Positions 37,525 through 47,664 are shown, numbered from the stretch's first letter. The stretch: 51,863 nt of DNA from Thermoleophilia bacterium (GCA_040768135.1 JAXGNF010000008.1:1-51863); one strand, 5' to 3'. Numbers and translations: made by a program. The notes: a model not told the origin generated them from the sequence alone.

Positions 37525-38790
37525 ATGATGCAGGCGCTCAACATCGCGTGGAAAGACTTCAGGCATGTTTACCGCGACATTGCCGCTCTGGCCATGATGT
37601 TCGTGGCCCCGCTGCTGTTGGCCGGAGCCATGGGAGCAGCCTTCGGTTCCGGAGACAACTATTCCGTCGCGGTCGTGAAGACGGTGATAGTCGACCAGGA
37701 TGTGGCCGCCGGGGCGGGCACACCCGCCGCCGGCGCCACCCTCACTGCTGCCCTTACCTCCCCCCAGGTCGGTGACCTGCTGGATGTCACAACGGCGGAG
37801 ACCCCTGCGGCCGCCCGGGCCGCGGTCGACAAGGGCGACGCGGCCGCGGCGGTCATCATCCCGCCGGGATTGTCGGCGGCCCTCCTGGGCCCCATGGCTC
37901 CGGGTGCAGGCACTGCCGGTGCGCAGGTCGAGATATACAAGGACCCCGTCCTCAACGTGGGACCCGCCATCATTGCGGCTGTAGTCGGCTCGGTCACCCA
38001 GTCCCTGAACGGAGGACGGGCGGCCGCCCTAGCGGCCGCCCAGTTGGCCGTCTCTGTGGGCGTGACCGACCCGAAAGCCATCGCTGCCTTGGCGGCCAAA
38101 GCGGCAGAGACCACGGCCTATAAGGCCCAAAGCGAGGCGCCTCTCACCCTCGAACAGCGTAATCCCATGGTTGAGGGGGTCGACACTGAAAAACGTCCCA
38201 ACGTAGCCGGTCAGGTGCTCCTGGGTATGATGCTGTTCTTCATGCTCTTCGGTGCGGCCACGCCGGCACGCAGCATCCTCGACGAGCATCGTAGCGGCAC
38301 GCTCCCCCGGCTTTTCACCACCCCCACGCCCCGAAGCACGATCTTGGGGGGCAAGTACGTATCGGTGTTTATGGTGGTATTGATCCAAGCGGCCGTCCTT
38401 CTCGTGACGGGCCGCTTTCTTCTAGGAGCCGAATGGGGTAAGCCCGGACCTGCAGCCGCACTCACCCTGGTCGGGGCCCTCGTGGCCGCCTCACTTGGGC
38501 TGGTCACCGTCTCTTTCGCGAAGACCCCCGGCCAGGCGGGCGCGATCAGTGCGGCCATCTTCGTGTTCCTCGGCCTGATCAGCGGCAACTTCGTCGGTAC
38601 GGCCAATCTTGGGGAAACGTTCGCCATAGTTCGGCGGGTCAGCCCGCTGGGATGGTTGCTCGAAGGCTGGAACAGCGTGATCTATGGAGGGTCGTGGGGA
38701 AGCATCGCCCTCCAGTTGGGAGTCGCTCTCGCTTTCGCCGTAGCGCTATTCGGCATCGCCACCTTCTTTTTTAGGAGACGCTACGCATGA
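37525..38790 (+). CDS. ABC-2 type exporter permease
   Basis: IAWKDF...RD, extracellular domain, E...GTL.RL.TTP.....ILGGK. Confidence 0.88.
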   Translation: MMQALNIAWKDFRHVYRDIAALAMMFVAPLLLAGAMGAAFGSGDNYSVAVVKTVIVDQDVAAGAGTPAAGATLTAALTSPQVGDLLDVTTAETPAAARAAVDKGDAAAAVIIPPGLSAALLGPMAPGAGTAGAQVEIYKDPVLNVGPAIIAAVVGSVTQSLNGGRAAALAAAQLAVSVGVTDPKAIAALAAKAAETTAYKAQSEAPLTLEQRNPMVEGVDTEKRPNVAGQVLLGMMLFFMLFGAATPARSILDEHRSGTLPRLFTTPTPRSTILGGKYVSVFMVVLIQAAVLLVTGRFLLGAEWGKPGPAAALTLVGALVAASLGLVTVSFAKTPGQAGAISAAIFVFLGLISGNFVGTANLGETFAIVRRVSPLGWLLEGWNSVIYGGSWGSIALQLGVALAFAVALFGIATFFFRRRYA

Positions 38791-39983
38791 GAAGCGCGTG
38801 GGCCATAGCCATGAAAGAAATCCTGCAGAACCGCCGTGATCCGTTGGCGGCACTGTTCACGCTGGTGCTGCCCGTGGTTTTTACCGTCTTTCTCGGGCTA
38901 CTGATCCCCAGCGCCGGTGAAGAAGGAAGCCGCCTCCCTGTTGCCTTGGTTGACGCGGACGGGAGCCCAACCGCAGAGCAACTCGTCACAAAGCTGACCC
39001 AAGCCCCGTTGCTCGAACTGCAGCCCAGGACCTCCACCGAAGCGGAACAGGCCGTCCAAGACCAAAGAGTGGCCGCCGCTCTGATCATTCCCAAGGGGTT
39101 CGGCGCTGCCGTGGAGACGGGCGGGCCCGCCACCCTCACTTTCGTACGCATCCTGACCTCGAGCGGAGCTCAGTCGGTCCTCCAGGCAATACAGACGGTG
39201 CTCGCCGAAACAAATATCGCGACGCTCGCCTCTCAGGCGGCTGCCGAACAGGTCGCCCTCGAAACAGGCCGTCCGGCAAATGAAGCTCCGCTGGACTCTG
39301 CCCGCTCCCTAGTCGACGCGGCCCTCGCGGCCCCAGCGATCACCGTGCAGGTGACCGATGCGGCCGGGTCGACCACCCTTCAGGTCGGCGGCTTCGACCA
39401 AGCCTCCACAGGGGCACTTGTGAACTGGGTGCTGTTCAGCCTCATAGGAATAACCGCCAACGTCGTGTGGGAGAGACGCCAGGGGCTGCTTCGCCGGCTC
39501 AGTGTGGCCGGGATCAAGGCCCGCGAGATCATCGGAGGCAAGATGTTGGCGATGGTCATGCTGACGTTCGGACAGCAACTCCTTCTTGTGTTGCTCGGCC
39601 AATTCGCCTTCGGGGTCGACTACTTCAGCAACCCGTCTGCGCTCCTCGTGACAATGATCTCGCTGTCGATGTTGGCGGCGGTACTGGGTCTCCTCATTGT
39701 TTCGCTCTTCCGCTCCGAGGGGGCCGTCATCGCAACCACGGTTATCACCGCGCAGTTGTTGGCCGCCCTGGGCGGGGCATGGTTCCCGCTCGAGATCACC
39801 GGGGCGGGGTTCGCGCGGGTGGCGCGCGTGCTGCCTTCCGCGTGGGTCATGGACTCTCTGCATGGCATCACGCTGCAGAACTGGGGGGTCGCCGACGTTC
39901 TCCGGCCCATGGGTATTGTCTGGATGTGGATCGTTGGAATCTTGGTGATCGCCATATGGCGGTTCCGGCCTAATCGGTCATAG
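38787..39983 (+). CDS. ABC-2 type exporter permease
   Basis: ATGA overlap; IAMKE...RD, ERRQG.LRRL, LGGAWFPLE. Confidence 0.88.
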   Translation: MRSAWAIAMKEILQNRRDPLAALFTLVLPVVFTVFLGLLIPSAGEEGSRLPVALVDADGSPTAEQLVTKLTQAPLLELQPRTSTEAEQAVQDQRVAAALIIPKGFGAAVETGGPATLTFVRILTSSGAQSVLQAIQTVLAETNIATLASQAAAEQVALETGRPANEAPLDSARSLVDAALAAPAITVQVTDAAGSTTLQVGGFDQASTGALVNWVLFSLIGITANVVWERRQGLLRRLSVAGIKAREIIGGKMLAMVMLTFGQQLLLVLLGQFAFGVDYFSNPSALLVTMISLSMLAAVLGLLIVSLFRSEGAVIATTVITAQLLAALGGAWFPLEITGAGFARVARVLPSAWVMDSLHGITLQNWGVADVLRPMGIVWMWIVGILVIAIWRFRPNRS

Positions 39984-40082
39984 CGAGCCGGCTTCATCAG
40001 GGACCCCCCTGCCCTTTGTTACCGGCTGGAGAAGCGCGTGAATGCTAGAATCTCCGGGCTGTCGGTCGGGCAAGGAGGCATC

Positions 40083-41111
40083 GTGGGCAGGGAATATCGA
40101 GTAGCAGTGGCGGGTGCCACAGGCGCCGTGGGACGGGTTATGCGGGGCATCCTTGAGGAGCGGGGGTTCCCGGTCAAAGAACTGGTGGCCCTGGCTACGG
40201 CCAAATCCGCGGGAACCCGGTTGCAGTACGCCGGCGAAGAGATCATCTGCCAAGAGCTCACGCCCGACAGCTTCAAAGGGATCGACCTCGCCCTGTTTTC
40301 GGCCGGTGGGGGCACGTCGCTGAAGTTCGCCCCCTTCGCTCGGGATGCAGGGTGCGTCGTGGTAGACAATTCCTCAGCCTGGCGTATGGATCCTGAGGTG
40401 CCCCTGGTCGTCCCCGAAGTCAATCCTCACGATCTCGAATGGCACAAAGGCATCATAGCCAACCCCAACTGCTCTACCATCCAGATGGTGCACGTCATGA
40501 AGCCTCTCCACGACGAGGCCCAAATCAGGCGCGTAGTGGTCTCTACCTACCAAGCGGTGTCGGGTACCGGCCAGAAGGCGGTGGCTGAGTTGCTCGAACA
40601 GACCCCCAGAGTCCTCGCCGGCGAAGCCGTCCGGCCTAATATCTATCCACATCAGATAGCGTTCAACTGCCTGCCGCATATCGACGTGTTCCTCGAAGAC
40701 GGGTACACGAAAGAAGAACGCAAGATGGTCGACGAGACCAAGAAGATACTGGGGGACGAAAGTGTGGCCGTGACAGCCACCTGTGTACGCGTGCCGGTGC
40801 AGAACGGCCATTCTGAGTCGCTGAACCTGCAGTTCGCCCGGCCCCTCAGCGTCGAACGAGCCCGCGAACTGCTCGCCGCCACCCCGGGAATCATGCTGGC
40901 CGACGATCCGGCCGACAACATCTACCCCATGCCTATCGATGCTTCAGGCCGAGACGAGACCTATGTCGGCCGCATCCGTATCGACCCGACCATCGAGAAC
41001 GCCCTTAACCTCTGGGTGGTAGCCGACAACCTGCGCAAGGGAGCCGCGCTCAACACGATCCAGATCGCTGAGTCGCTGATTGAGCGCGACCTTGTCCGTG
41101 TCCCTCGGTAG
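40083..41111 (+). CDS. asd: Aspartate-semialdehyde dehydrogenase
   Basis: VAVAGATGAVG, DNSSAWRM, ANPNCSTIQ, STYQAVSG, CVRVPV..GHSE, DNLRKGAALN. Confidence 0.97.
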   Translation: MGREYRVAVAGATGAVGRVMRGILEERGFPVKELVALATAKSAGTRLQYAGEEIICQELTPDSFKGIDLALFSAGGGTSLKFAPFARDAGCVVVDNSSAWRMDPEVPLVVPEVNPHDLEWHKGIIANPNCSTIQMVHVMKPLHDEAQIRRVVVSTYQAVSGTGQKAVAELLEQTPRVLAGEAVRPNIYPHQIAFNCLPHIDVFLEDGYTKEERKMVDETKKILGDESVAVTATCVRVPVQNGHSESLNLQFARPLSVERARELLAATPGIMLADDPADNIYPMPIDASGRDETYVGRIRIDPTIENALNLWVVADNLRKGAALNTIQIAESLIERDLVRVPR

Positions 41112-41160
41112 GAGGCTGCTGTAAGAAGAAAACGCGGCCGTCAGCATCTGACCGCCTACT

Positions 41161-41183
41161 GCGCGCCGGCTGAGCCGGCGCGC
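41161..41183. terminator. GC-rich hairpin downstream of asd (terminator or stabiliser)
   Basis: GCGCGCCGGC-TGA-GCCGGCGCGC perfect 10-bp stem; no U-tract. Confidence 0.4.
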
Positions 41184-41191
41184 CGGATGAC

Positions 41192-42058
41192 GTGAGCGTC
41201 CTTAGAAAAGGGCGCCGGCCGGGCTGGGTAGCGGTTCTGATCACCATCACTGTGGTGGTCGCCGCAGTCCTCGCTTACGGATTTACCGAGACCTACCGCC
41301 TTGAGGTCAAGGAGTACACTTTCGCCAACCCGGATGTGCCGGATGTGTTCGCCGGTACCCGGATCGCGCTCCTCACCGATATCCACCGCGGACCTTTCTT
41401 CTCACAAGAACGAGTGAGGTCGCTTGTGGAGCGTGTCAACTCACTCGAGCCCGACATGGTCGTGCTGGGTGGGGACTACGTGTATGCCAAAACCGGCTAC
41501 GCCGAGTCATGCTTCGCCGTGCTCCGCAACCTGCAGGCGCCGCTGGGGGTCTTCGCCGTGCTCGGTAACCACGACTACGGAGAGCACGAGGAAGGGGTGA
41601 ATGGACCCAACGAGGTCATCCGGGCCATCGAAGAAGCCGGTATCACCCTGCTCTTCGACTCGGCGGTATGGATCGACAAAGCCGGGGCGCGCATCCGGAT
41701 CGGGGGAGTGAGCGACCTCGACGAGGGGAGACCGCGCCTGAAACCCATCCTCAAAGACGTGGACGAGGATGATTTCGTGCTCCTTGTATCCCATAACCCA
41801 GACTACTCAGAGAGGATCCCTGAGGACTCGATCGACTTGGTTCTATCCGGACATACGCACGGAGGACAGGTCAGCCTGTTCGGCCTTTGGTCACCGTACG
41901 TACCCTCCAAGTTCGGCCAGAAGTACCGCACCGGCCTGGTGACCAACGACGTGACCACGGTGATCGTCTCCAACGGGGTCGGCACGAGCAGCCTCATGCC
42001 CATCCGCCTGCTCGTTCGCCCGCAGATAGTGATGATTACGCTCGATGTGCTGCCCTAG
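41192..42058 (+). CDS. Metallophosphoesterase (YkuE/YaeI-like), N-terminal TM
   Basis: DIH, GGD, GNHD, SHNPD, GHTHGGQ. Confidence 0.92.
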   Translation: MSVLRKGRRPGWVAVLITITVVVAAVLAYGFTETYRLEVKEYTFANPDVPDVFAGTRIALLTDIHRGPFFSQERVRSLVERVNSLEPDMVVLGGDYVYAKTGYAESCFAVLRNLQAPLGVFAVLGNHDYGEHEEGVNGPNEVIRAIEEAGITLLFDSAVWIDKAGARIRIGGVSDLDEGRPRLKPILKDVDEDDFVLLVSHNPDYSERIPEDSIDLVLSGHTHGGQVSLFGLWSPYVPSKFGQKYRTGLVTNDVTTVIVSNGVGTSSLMPIRLLVRPQIVMITLDVLP

Positions 42059-42199
42059 CTCCACCTTTGGTCGTATGCTCACCCCGCGCCGAAGCGGCTA
42101 CGCTTGGCCTGTCAACAGCAACAGTGACGAACGCAGGCGTGAATCCGAACATTCTGGTAGGCGAACGACTCAGTGGCGATACTCACTAGGCGAACACGT

Positions 42200-44470
42200 A
42201 TGAGTAGGGAACTGTTCGATCTCCTCTCTCCCGAGCGGTTCCCTCAAGTGGAGGCACAGACGGTGCTGCCCGGGCGTCCGGGCAAGTCAACCTCTCTGCC
42301 CGCCGACCTACATCTGCAGCTCGCCGACACCCTAGCCGCCCAGGGCATCACCCGCCTGTGGACACATCAGGCCGAATGCTGGGTGGCATCGCGGTCGGAC
42401 GACCATTTCATGGTCACCACCGGCACCGCGTCGGGCAAAAGCCTCTGCTTCAACCTGCCGGTAGTCGATGGGCTTCTTCGCGACCCGCACGCCCGCGCCG
42501 TCTACCTCTACCCCACCAAGGCCCTCGCTCAGGACCAGCTCCGTCGCCTCCGCATGCTCGCAGGCAGAGGCATCGAGGTCGCCACCTATGACGGCGATAC
42601 TCCGGCCGCTGCCCGACAGGTTGCCCGTCAGAAATCCCGCGTGCTGCTCACCAATCCCGACATGATCCACCTGGCCATGCTCCCCCATCACGAGCGGTGG
42701 GATGATTTCTTCTTCAACCTCCGTTACGTGGTCATCGACGAGGCCCATACCTACCGGGGGGTATTCGGTAGCAACGTCGCCAATGTGCTCCGGCGATTGC
42801 GCCGGGTTGCTTCGCTTTACGGAGCGCAACCCTGCTTCATCCTGGCCTCGGCTACCATCCGTAACGCCCGTGAGCACGCCCGGCACCTCACCGGATTAGA
42901 CGTACGCCACATCAGCGGCGACGGAGCGCCGGTAGGCCCCCGCAAAGTGGTTTTCTGGCAACCTCCACTGGTCGAAGACCAAGCCAACGTCAGGCGCAGC
43001 TCCAACGCCGAAGCGGCCGAACTACTGGCCGAACTCGTCCGCGCCGGCATCCGCTCCATCTGCTTCACCAAGTCCCGGCGCAGTGCTGAGCTCATCTATC
43101 AACTGACTGTCGACCGGTTGAAAGAGACCGCTCCACGCCTGGCAGACCGAGTCTCCCCCTACCGGGCCGGATACACGCCCGAGCAGCGACGTAGTATCGA
43201 GGCCATGCTGTTCGGCGGGCAACTCCTGGCCGTAGTCAGCACAAGCGCCCTCGAACTCGGCATAGATATCGGCGCGCTCGATGCAGCTATCACCGTTGGA
43301 TATCCTGGGACCATGGCCAGCCTCTGGCAACAATGGGGGCGGGCCGGGAGGGGCAAAGGCGAGAGTCTGGCCGTTTTCGTGGCCGGCAACGATGCCCTCG
43401 AGCAGTTCTTCGTCAAACACCCGGATGAGCTCCTGACCCGTGAAGTGGAGGCAGCCACGGTCGACTTCGCCAATCCCTTCATCCACACCCGCCACTTGGC
43501 AGCCGCTGCTTACGAGAGCCCCTTGGTGGTCCAAGACGAACAGTTCTTCGGCCCGCGTCTGCGCCAAGCCCTCGAACGCTGCGTAACCGAGGGATTGCTG
43601 CGACACGCAGGCGACATCCAAGGCACTGAAGCCTGGCATTCCACCGATACCGACTTTCCTGCAGCAAAGATCGGGCTGCGAACCACGGCGGGGGAACAGT
43701 ACACCATCGTCGAAGACGATACGGGTGACATCGTCGGCACCGAGGGGGCCGAGACCGCTTTCTCGGCTCTTCACCCCGGGGCAGTGTACCTGCATATGGG
43801 AGACGCCTATCTGGTCACCAAACTCGACTTGGACAAACACCTCGCATTTGTCCGACCATTCTGGGATACCTACCACACTATCCCCCGGCGTGAGACCGAC
43901 ACCCGCATACTGAGTGAGAGCCTACGGACCACTAGTGGGCCCCTGACCCTGCATCTGGGGGAGATCTCCGTCACCAGCCGGGTGGTCGCCTTTCAGAAGA
44001 AACGCACCGGCAGCGACGAAGTCCTCGGCACCGAGGAGCTCGACCTGCCCTCGCGGGAGTTCGTCACCGAGTCCATGTGGTTCACTATCCCGCCGGCGCT
44101 ACTCCCCTCTCAGGAAGAGCTGGTCCGTCTCCCGGGCGCCATCCATGCGGTGGAGCACGCCCTCATCGCCCTGCTGCCGCTTTTTGCCATGTGCGACCGT
44201 TGGGACATCGGGGGTCTCTCTACACCCGTGCATAGCCAGACCGAGGAGCCGACCATTTTTGTCTATGACGGCCACGCCGGGGGAGTAGGGATCTCTCGTC
44301 AGGGGTTCGAACGCTTCGCCGAGTGGGTGCGCGATGCCCGGAATCTTTTGCGTGACTGTCCGTGCGAGAGCGGCTGCCCCTCCTGCATCCAGTCGCCCAA
44401 ATGCGGGAATTGGAACGAACCTCTTGACAAAGCGGCCGCTCTGCAGCTCCTGGAGGCGATGCTATCCTAG
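42200..44470 (+). CDS. DEAH-box DNA helicase with DUF1998 (MrfA/YprA/SftH/Hrq1 family)
   Basis: TASGKS, YPTKALAQDQ, TNPDM, DEAH, SAT, GRAGR; C-terminal YDG..GG.G and CPCESGCPSC..SPKC. Confidence 0.93.
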   Translation: MSRELFDLLSPERFPQVEAQTVLPGRPGKSTSLPADLHLQLADTLAAQGITRLWTHQAECWVASRSDDHFMVTTGTASGKSLCFNLPVVDGLLRDPHARAVYLYPTKALAQDQLRRLRMLAGRGIEVATYDGDTPAAARQVARQKSRVLLTNPDMIHLAMLPHHERWDDFFFNLRYVVIDEAHTYRGVFGSNVANVLRRLRRVASLYGAQPCFILASATIRNAREHARHLTGLDVRHISGDGAPVGPRKVVFWQPPLVEDQANVRRSSNAEAAELLAELVRAGIRSICFTKSRRSAELIYQLTVDRLKETAPRLADRVSPYRAGYTPEQRRSIEAMLFGGQLLAVVSTSALELGIDIGALDAAITVGYPGTMASLWQQWGRAGRGKGESLAVFVAGNDALEQFFVKHPDELLTREVEAATVDFANPFIHTRHLAAAAYESPLVVQDEQFFGPRLRQALERCVTEGLLRHAGDIQGTEAWHSTDTDFPAAKIGLRTTAGEQYTIVEDDTGDIVGTEGAETAFSALHPGAVYLHMGDAYLVTKLDLDKHLAFVRPFWDTYHTIPRRETDTRILSESLRTTSGPLTLHLGEISVTSRVVAFQKKRTGSDEVLGTEELDLPSREFVTESMWFTIPPALLPSQEELVRLPGAIHAVEHALIALLPLFAMCDRWDIGGLSTPVHSQTEEPTIFVYDGHAGGVGISRQGFERFAEWVRDARNLLRDCPCESGCPSCIQSPKCGNWNEPLDKAAALQLLEAMLS

Positions 44471-44474
44471 CTCT

Positions 44475-44978
44475 ATGAAGCACCTGTACATCTCGGTGAT
44501 CGGCGGCAGCCGCTGCAGTGCCGCTGAGTACGCCTTGGCCGAACAGGTCGGGCGACTTATTGCTCAAGAAGGAGCCACATTGGTCTGTGGTGGGCTCTCC
44601 GGAGTCATGGAAGCAGCCGCTCGGGGAGCCAAAGAGGGTGGGGGAGTCACCATCGGTATCCTGCCCGGGCATGACCGTGCCCTAGGCAATCCCTACCTTG
44701 ACTACGCCCTCACCACCGGGATGGGGCATGCCCGCAACCTGGCCGTGGCCAGCTCCGGCGACGCCGTTATCGCCGTAGGAGGGGAGTTCGGCACGCTTTC
44801 TGAGATCGGTCTGGCCGGCAAAATCGGCCGGCCCGTAGTGATCGTCGGTGGCTGGCGGCTGCAGAACGATCAAGGAACTGAGGGTGTCTGGTACGCCTCC
44901 TCGGCCGAAGAAGCCATGACCCTTATCAGGGAGGCTCTCGCCTCTCGTCACACCAGCCCAAACGGCTACGACGGCTGA
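44475..44978 (+). CDS. TIGR00725 family LOG-like Rossmann-fold protein
   Basis: CGGL.GVMEAAARG, GILPG, TGMGHARN, GG..GTLSE. Confidence 0.88.
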   Translation: MKHLYISVIGGSRCSAAEYALAEQVGRLIAQEGATLVCGGLSGVMEAAARGAKEGGGVTIGILPGHDRALGNPYLDYALTTGMGHARNLAVASSGDAVIAVGGEFGTLSEIGLAGKIGRPVVIVGGWRLQNDQGTEGVWYASSAEEAMTLIREALASRHTSPNGYDG

Positions 44979-44983
44979 CGGCG

Positions 44984-46180
44984 ATGGCTCAACCTCCTCT
45001 ACGCGACCCCGAGACCCGCGAGCTGATCCGCCGCTTCCAAGCTAAACGGGAGCGACGGCGAAGGCTGCACCTGCTTGGAGGAGCGGTCATCGGGCTGGTG
45101 CTCGTGGCACTTGTCACAACGGCGGTCGTACTGGCCGTGCGTGGCCCGGGAATGGGAACCGCTTCGAATACGACGATGAATGCGGCACACGCGGTCACAA
45201 GCACCACTCCGGGTCCCGCAGGACCATCTGAGAACGGCAGCGCGCCGGGGGAGAGTCCGTCTCACGGTAACTCGCCGGGTAACACCGGGTCGGGCGGAGA
45301 TCCGTCGGGTGGCGCCTCATCAGACACCGGGGGCACTCCTACGGCCGACGGTACCACGACAGACGACACCACGACCGACGGCACTACGACCGACGGCACT
45401 ACGACAGGCGGCAACACGGTCGGCGGTACCCCTACGACAGAACCAGGGATGACCACCACGCTGCCGCCGACAACGGCCCGCCCCACCACCACTTCCCGGT
45501 CCACCACTACGTCGACCGCAGCCCCTACGACCACTACCGCCGCCCAGGCGCGAAAATTGGTGGTCATAGACCCCGGCCATCAGGCAAGGGGCAACTCGGC
45601 CACCGAGCCCGTAGGTCCAGGTTCAAGCGAACGCAAACCCAAGGTGAGCAGCGGTACGGCCGGCGTTGCTACCGGCATCCCTGAGAGCGAATTGGTGTTG
45701 GCCGTGTCCCTCAAACTCCGCGATGCCTTGACGGCGCGCGGCATCGAGGTGGTCATGACCCGCACCACCCAGAATGTCGACATCTCCAACATCCAACGGG
45801 CGCAGATCGCCAACGAGGCCAAGGCCGACCTGTTCGTCCGCGTCCATGCCGACGGCTCCAGCAATTCGGCGGTTTCGGGCATCCATGTGCTCTACCCCGC
45901 GTCGATCAAAGGCTGGACCGACGACATAGCGGCCGCCTCCAAGAAGGCCGCCCAACTGGCCCAGCGCGAACTCATTGCCGCCACCGGCGCCGTCGACCGG
46001 GGTATCGATGCCCGCAGCGACATGACCGGGTTCAATTGGTCGGATGTACCTGTGATCCTCCCTGAGATCGGCTTCATGACGAACCCGGCGGAAGACCGGC
46101 TGCTCGCGACCCCCGCCTACCAAGACAAGATCGTCAGCGGGCTCGTACGGGCCATCCTGGCCTTCCTAGGAGTGAGTTAG
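44984..46180 (+). CDS. N-acetylmuramoyl-L-alanine amidase (Amidase_3) with TM anchor and Thr/Gly-rich linker
   Basis: VIDPGHQ, E, MTR, RAQIAN, VHAD, EIGFMTN..ED. Confidence 0.92.
   Translation: MAQPPLRDPETRELIRRFQAKRERRRRLHLLGGAVIGLVLVALVTTAVVLAVRGPGMGTASNTTMNAAHAVTSTTPGPAGPSENGSAPGESPSHGNSPGNTGSGGDPSGGASSDTGGTPTADGTTTDDTTTDGTTTDGTTTGGNTVGGTPTTEPGMTTTLPPTTARPTTTSRSTTTSTAAPTTTTAAQARKLVVIDPGHQARGNSATEPVGPGSSERKPKVSSGTAGVATGIPESELVLAVSLKLRDALTARGIEVVMTRTTQNVDISNIQRAQIANEAKADLFVRVHADGSSNSAVSGIHVLYPASIKGWTDDIAAASKKAAQLAQRELIAATGAVDRGIDARSDMTGFNWSDVPVILPEIGFMTNPAEDRLLATPAYQDKIVSGLVRAILAFLGVS
45341..45430 (+). repeat. 15-bp in-frame tandem repeat, 6 units (TTDGT-like)
   Basis: ACGACCGACGGCACT exact at 45371 and 45386, with diverged flanking units. 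Confidence 0.85.
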
Positions 46181-46368
46181 TAGACTATGCTCCGAACATG
46201 ACGCCGCGAGGCCTGCGCCGCGCACGCCTCGCGACAGAAACGAACGTCACCCAATAGCCGGGCAACGCGCAACATGCGGGCGTGGTCCGGCAGCCGGGCC
46301 ACATACGACGGTTGTGGTCATTCCACTCCACGGGCGCCGGGCATAATCGAACCTAGGAGGTCTTTCGG

Positions 46369-47664
46369 GTGAGTAAGTTGACGGTGGTCGGTGCCGGGTA
46401 TGTAGGATTGGTCACGACCGCCTGCATGGCGGAATTGGGCCACGACATCGTCGCCATGGATATCGACGCCGGCAAGATCCAAACACTCCGCGAGGGCAAG
46501 GTCCCCATCTACGAGCCGGGCCTTGCCGAGCTGATCGCCGCCAATCGCGCGCGGATAGAGTTCACTACCGAGCGCGAATATGCATACCGATCGGGGGAGT
46601 TCATCTACCTCTGCGTCGACACTCCCCCGACTCCGTCGGGTGACGCCGATCTCTCCCGCATTTGGCAGGCCATCGACGACCTCCCTCCAGACGAGGGCGA
46701 GCACGTCCTTGTGACCAAGTCGACCGTCCCGGTGGGTACCGGAGCCGCGGTCAAAGCTGAGCTGGCCCATCGCGGATACCGCCACATCACCTACGCCTCT
46801 AATCCGGAGTTCTTGCGCGAAGGGACCGCTATCGACGATTTTAAGAACGCCGATCGCGTGGTGGTCGGCGCTGACGATCCCGAGGTCGCCGCCCGAGTGG
46901 CCCGGCTGTACGAGGGACTTGGGCGACCGATGCTGGTCACCGACGTGGCTTCAGCCGAAATGATCAAGTACGCCTCGAACGCCTTTCTCGCCACTAAGAT
47001 CAGCTTCATCAACGAGATCGCCAACGTGTGCGAGATCACGGGCGCCGACGTCACGGTGGTCGCGCAGGGCATGGGGATGGACCGCCGCATCGGGCCGCAC
47101 TTCCTACAGGCGGGCATCGGGTATGGCGGCAGTTGCTTTCCTAAGGATGTGTCCGCCCTCAAGCAGATCGCCGGCAACTCCGGATACCACTTCCAGCTGT
47201 TGAGCGCCGTCATCGAAGTGAACGAACTCCAGAAACGCCGGGTGATCGGCAAGCTCAAGCGCCATCTTGGGGACGAGCTGCGCGGCAAACGGATCGCCCT
47301 TCTTGGCCTGGCGTTCAAACCTAATACCGACGATATCCGTGAGGCTTCATCGATTGTGCTTTCCGGCCGCCTCCTAGCCGAAGGGGCTGAGGTGGTCGGA
47401 TACGATCCGATCGCAACGGACAACATCCGAGCGCTGCTCCCCAAAGTGACCTACGCCTCGTCGGCAATGGCCGCCCTCGAGGGAGCCGACGCCTGCGTGC
47501 TGGTAACCGAATGGAAGGAATTCGTGGAGCTCGACTGGGCTGCGGCTAAGCGCGTTATGGCCTCACCCCTCGTGATCGATGGACGCAACGCTTTGGACGG
47601 ACGGGCATTGGTCGAATTGGGTTTCACCTACGAAGGAGTTGGAACCGGGGTCAAGAACGGCTGA
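46369..47664 (+). CDS. ugd: UDP-glucose 6-dehydrogenase
   Basis: GAGYVG, KSTVP, SNPEFLREG, KYASN, GYGGSCFPKD, AFKPNTDD.R. Confidence 0.95.
   Translation: MSKLTVVGAGYVGLVTTACMAELGHDIVAMDIDAGKIQTLREGKVPIYEPGLAELIAANRARIEFTTEREYAYRSGEFIYLCVDTPPTPSGDADLSRIWQAIDDLPPDEGEHVLVTKSTVPVGTGAAVKAELAHRGYRHITYASNPEFLREGTAIDDFKNADRVVVGADDPEVAARVARLYEGLGRPMLVTDVASAEMIKYASNAFLATKISFINEIANVCEITGADVTVVAQGMGMDRRIGPHFLQAGIGYGGSCFPKDVSALKQIAGNSGYHFQLLSAVIEVNELQKRRVIGKLKRHLGDELRGKRIALLGLAFKPNTDDIREASSIVLSGRLLAEGAEVVGYDPIATDNIRALLPKVTYASSAMAALEGADACVLVTEWKEFVELDWAAAKRVMASPLVIDGRNALDGRALVELGFTYEGVGTGVKNG

Noticed and set aside
42200-44470. DUF1998 helicase as part of a DISARM/Druantia-type defence system
   Set aside because: Single MrfA/SftH-type gene; no methylase, DrmA/B/C partners or other defence genes nearby.
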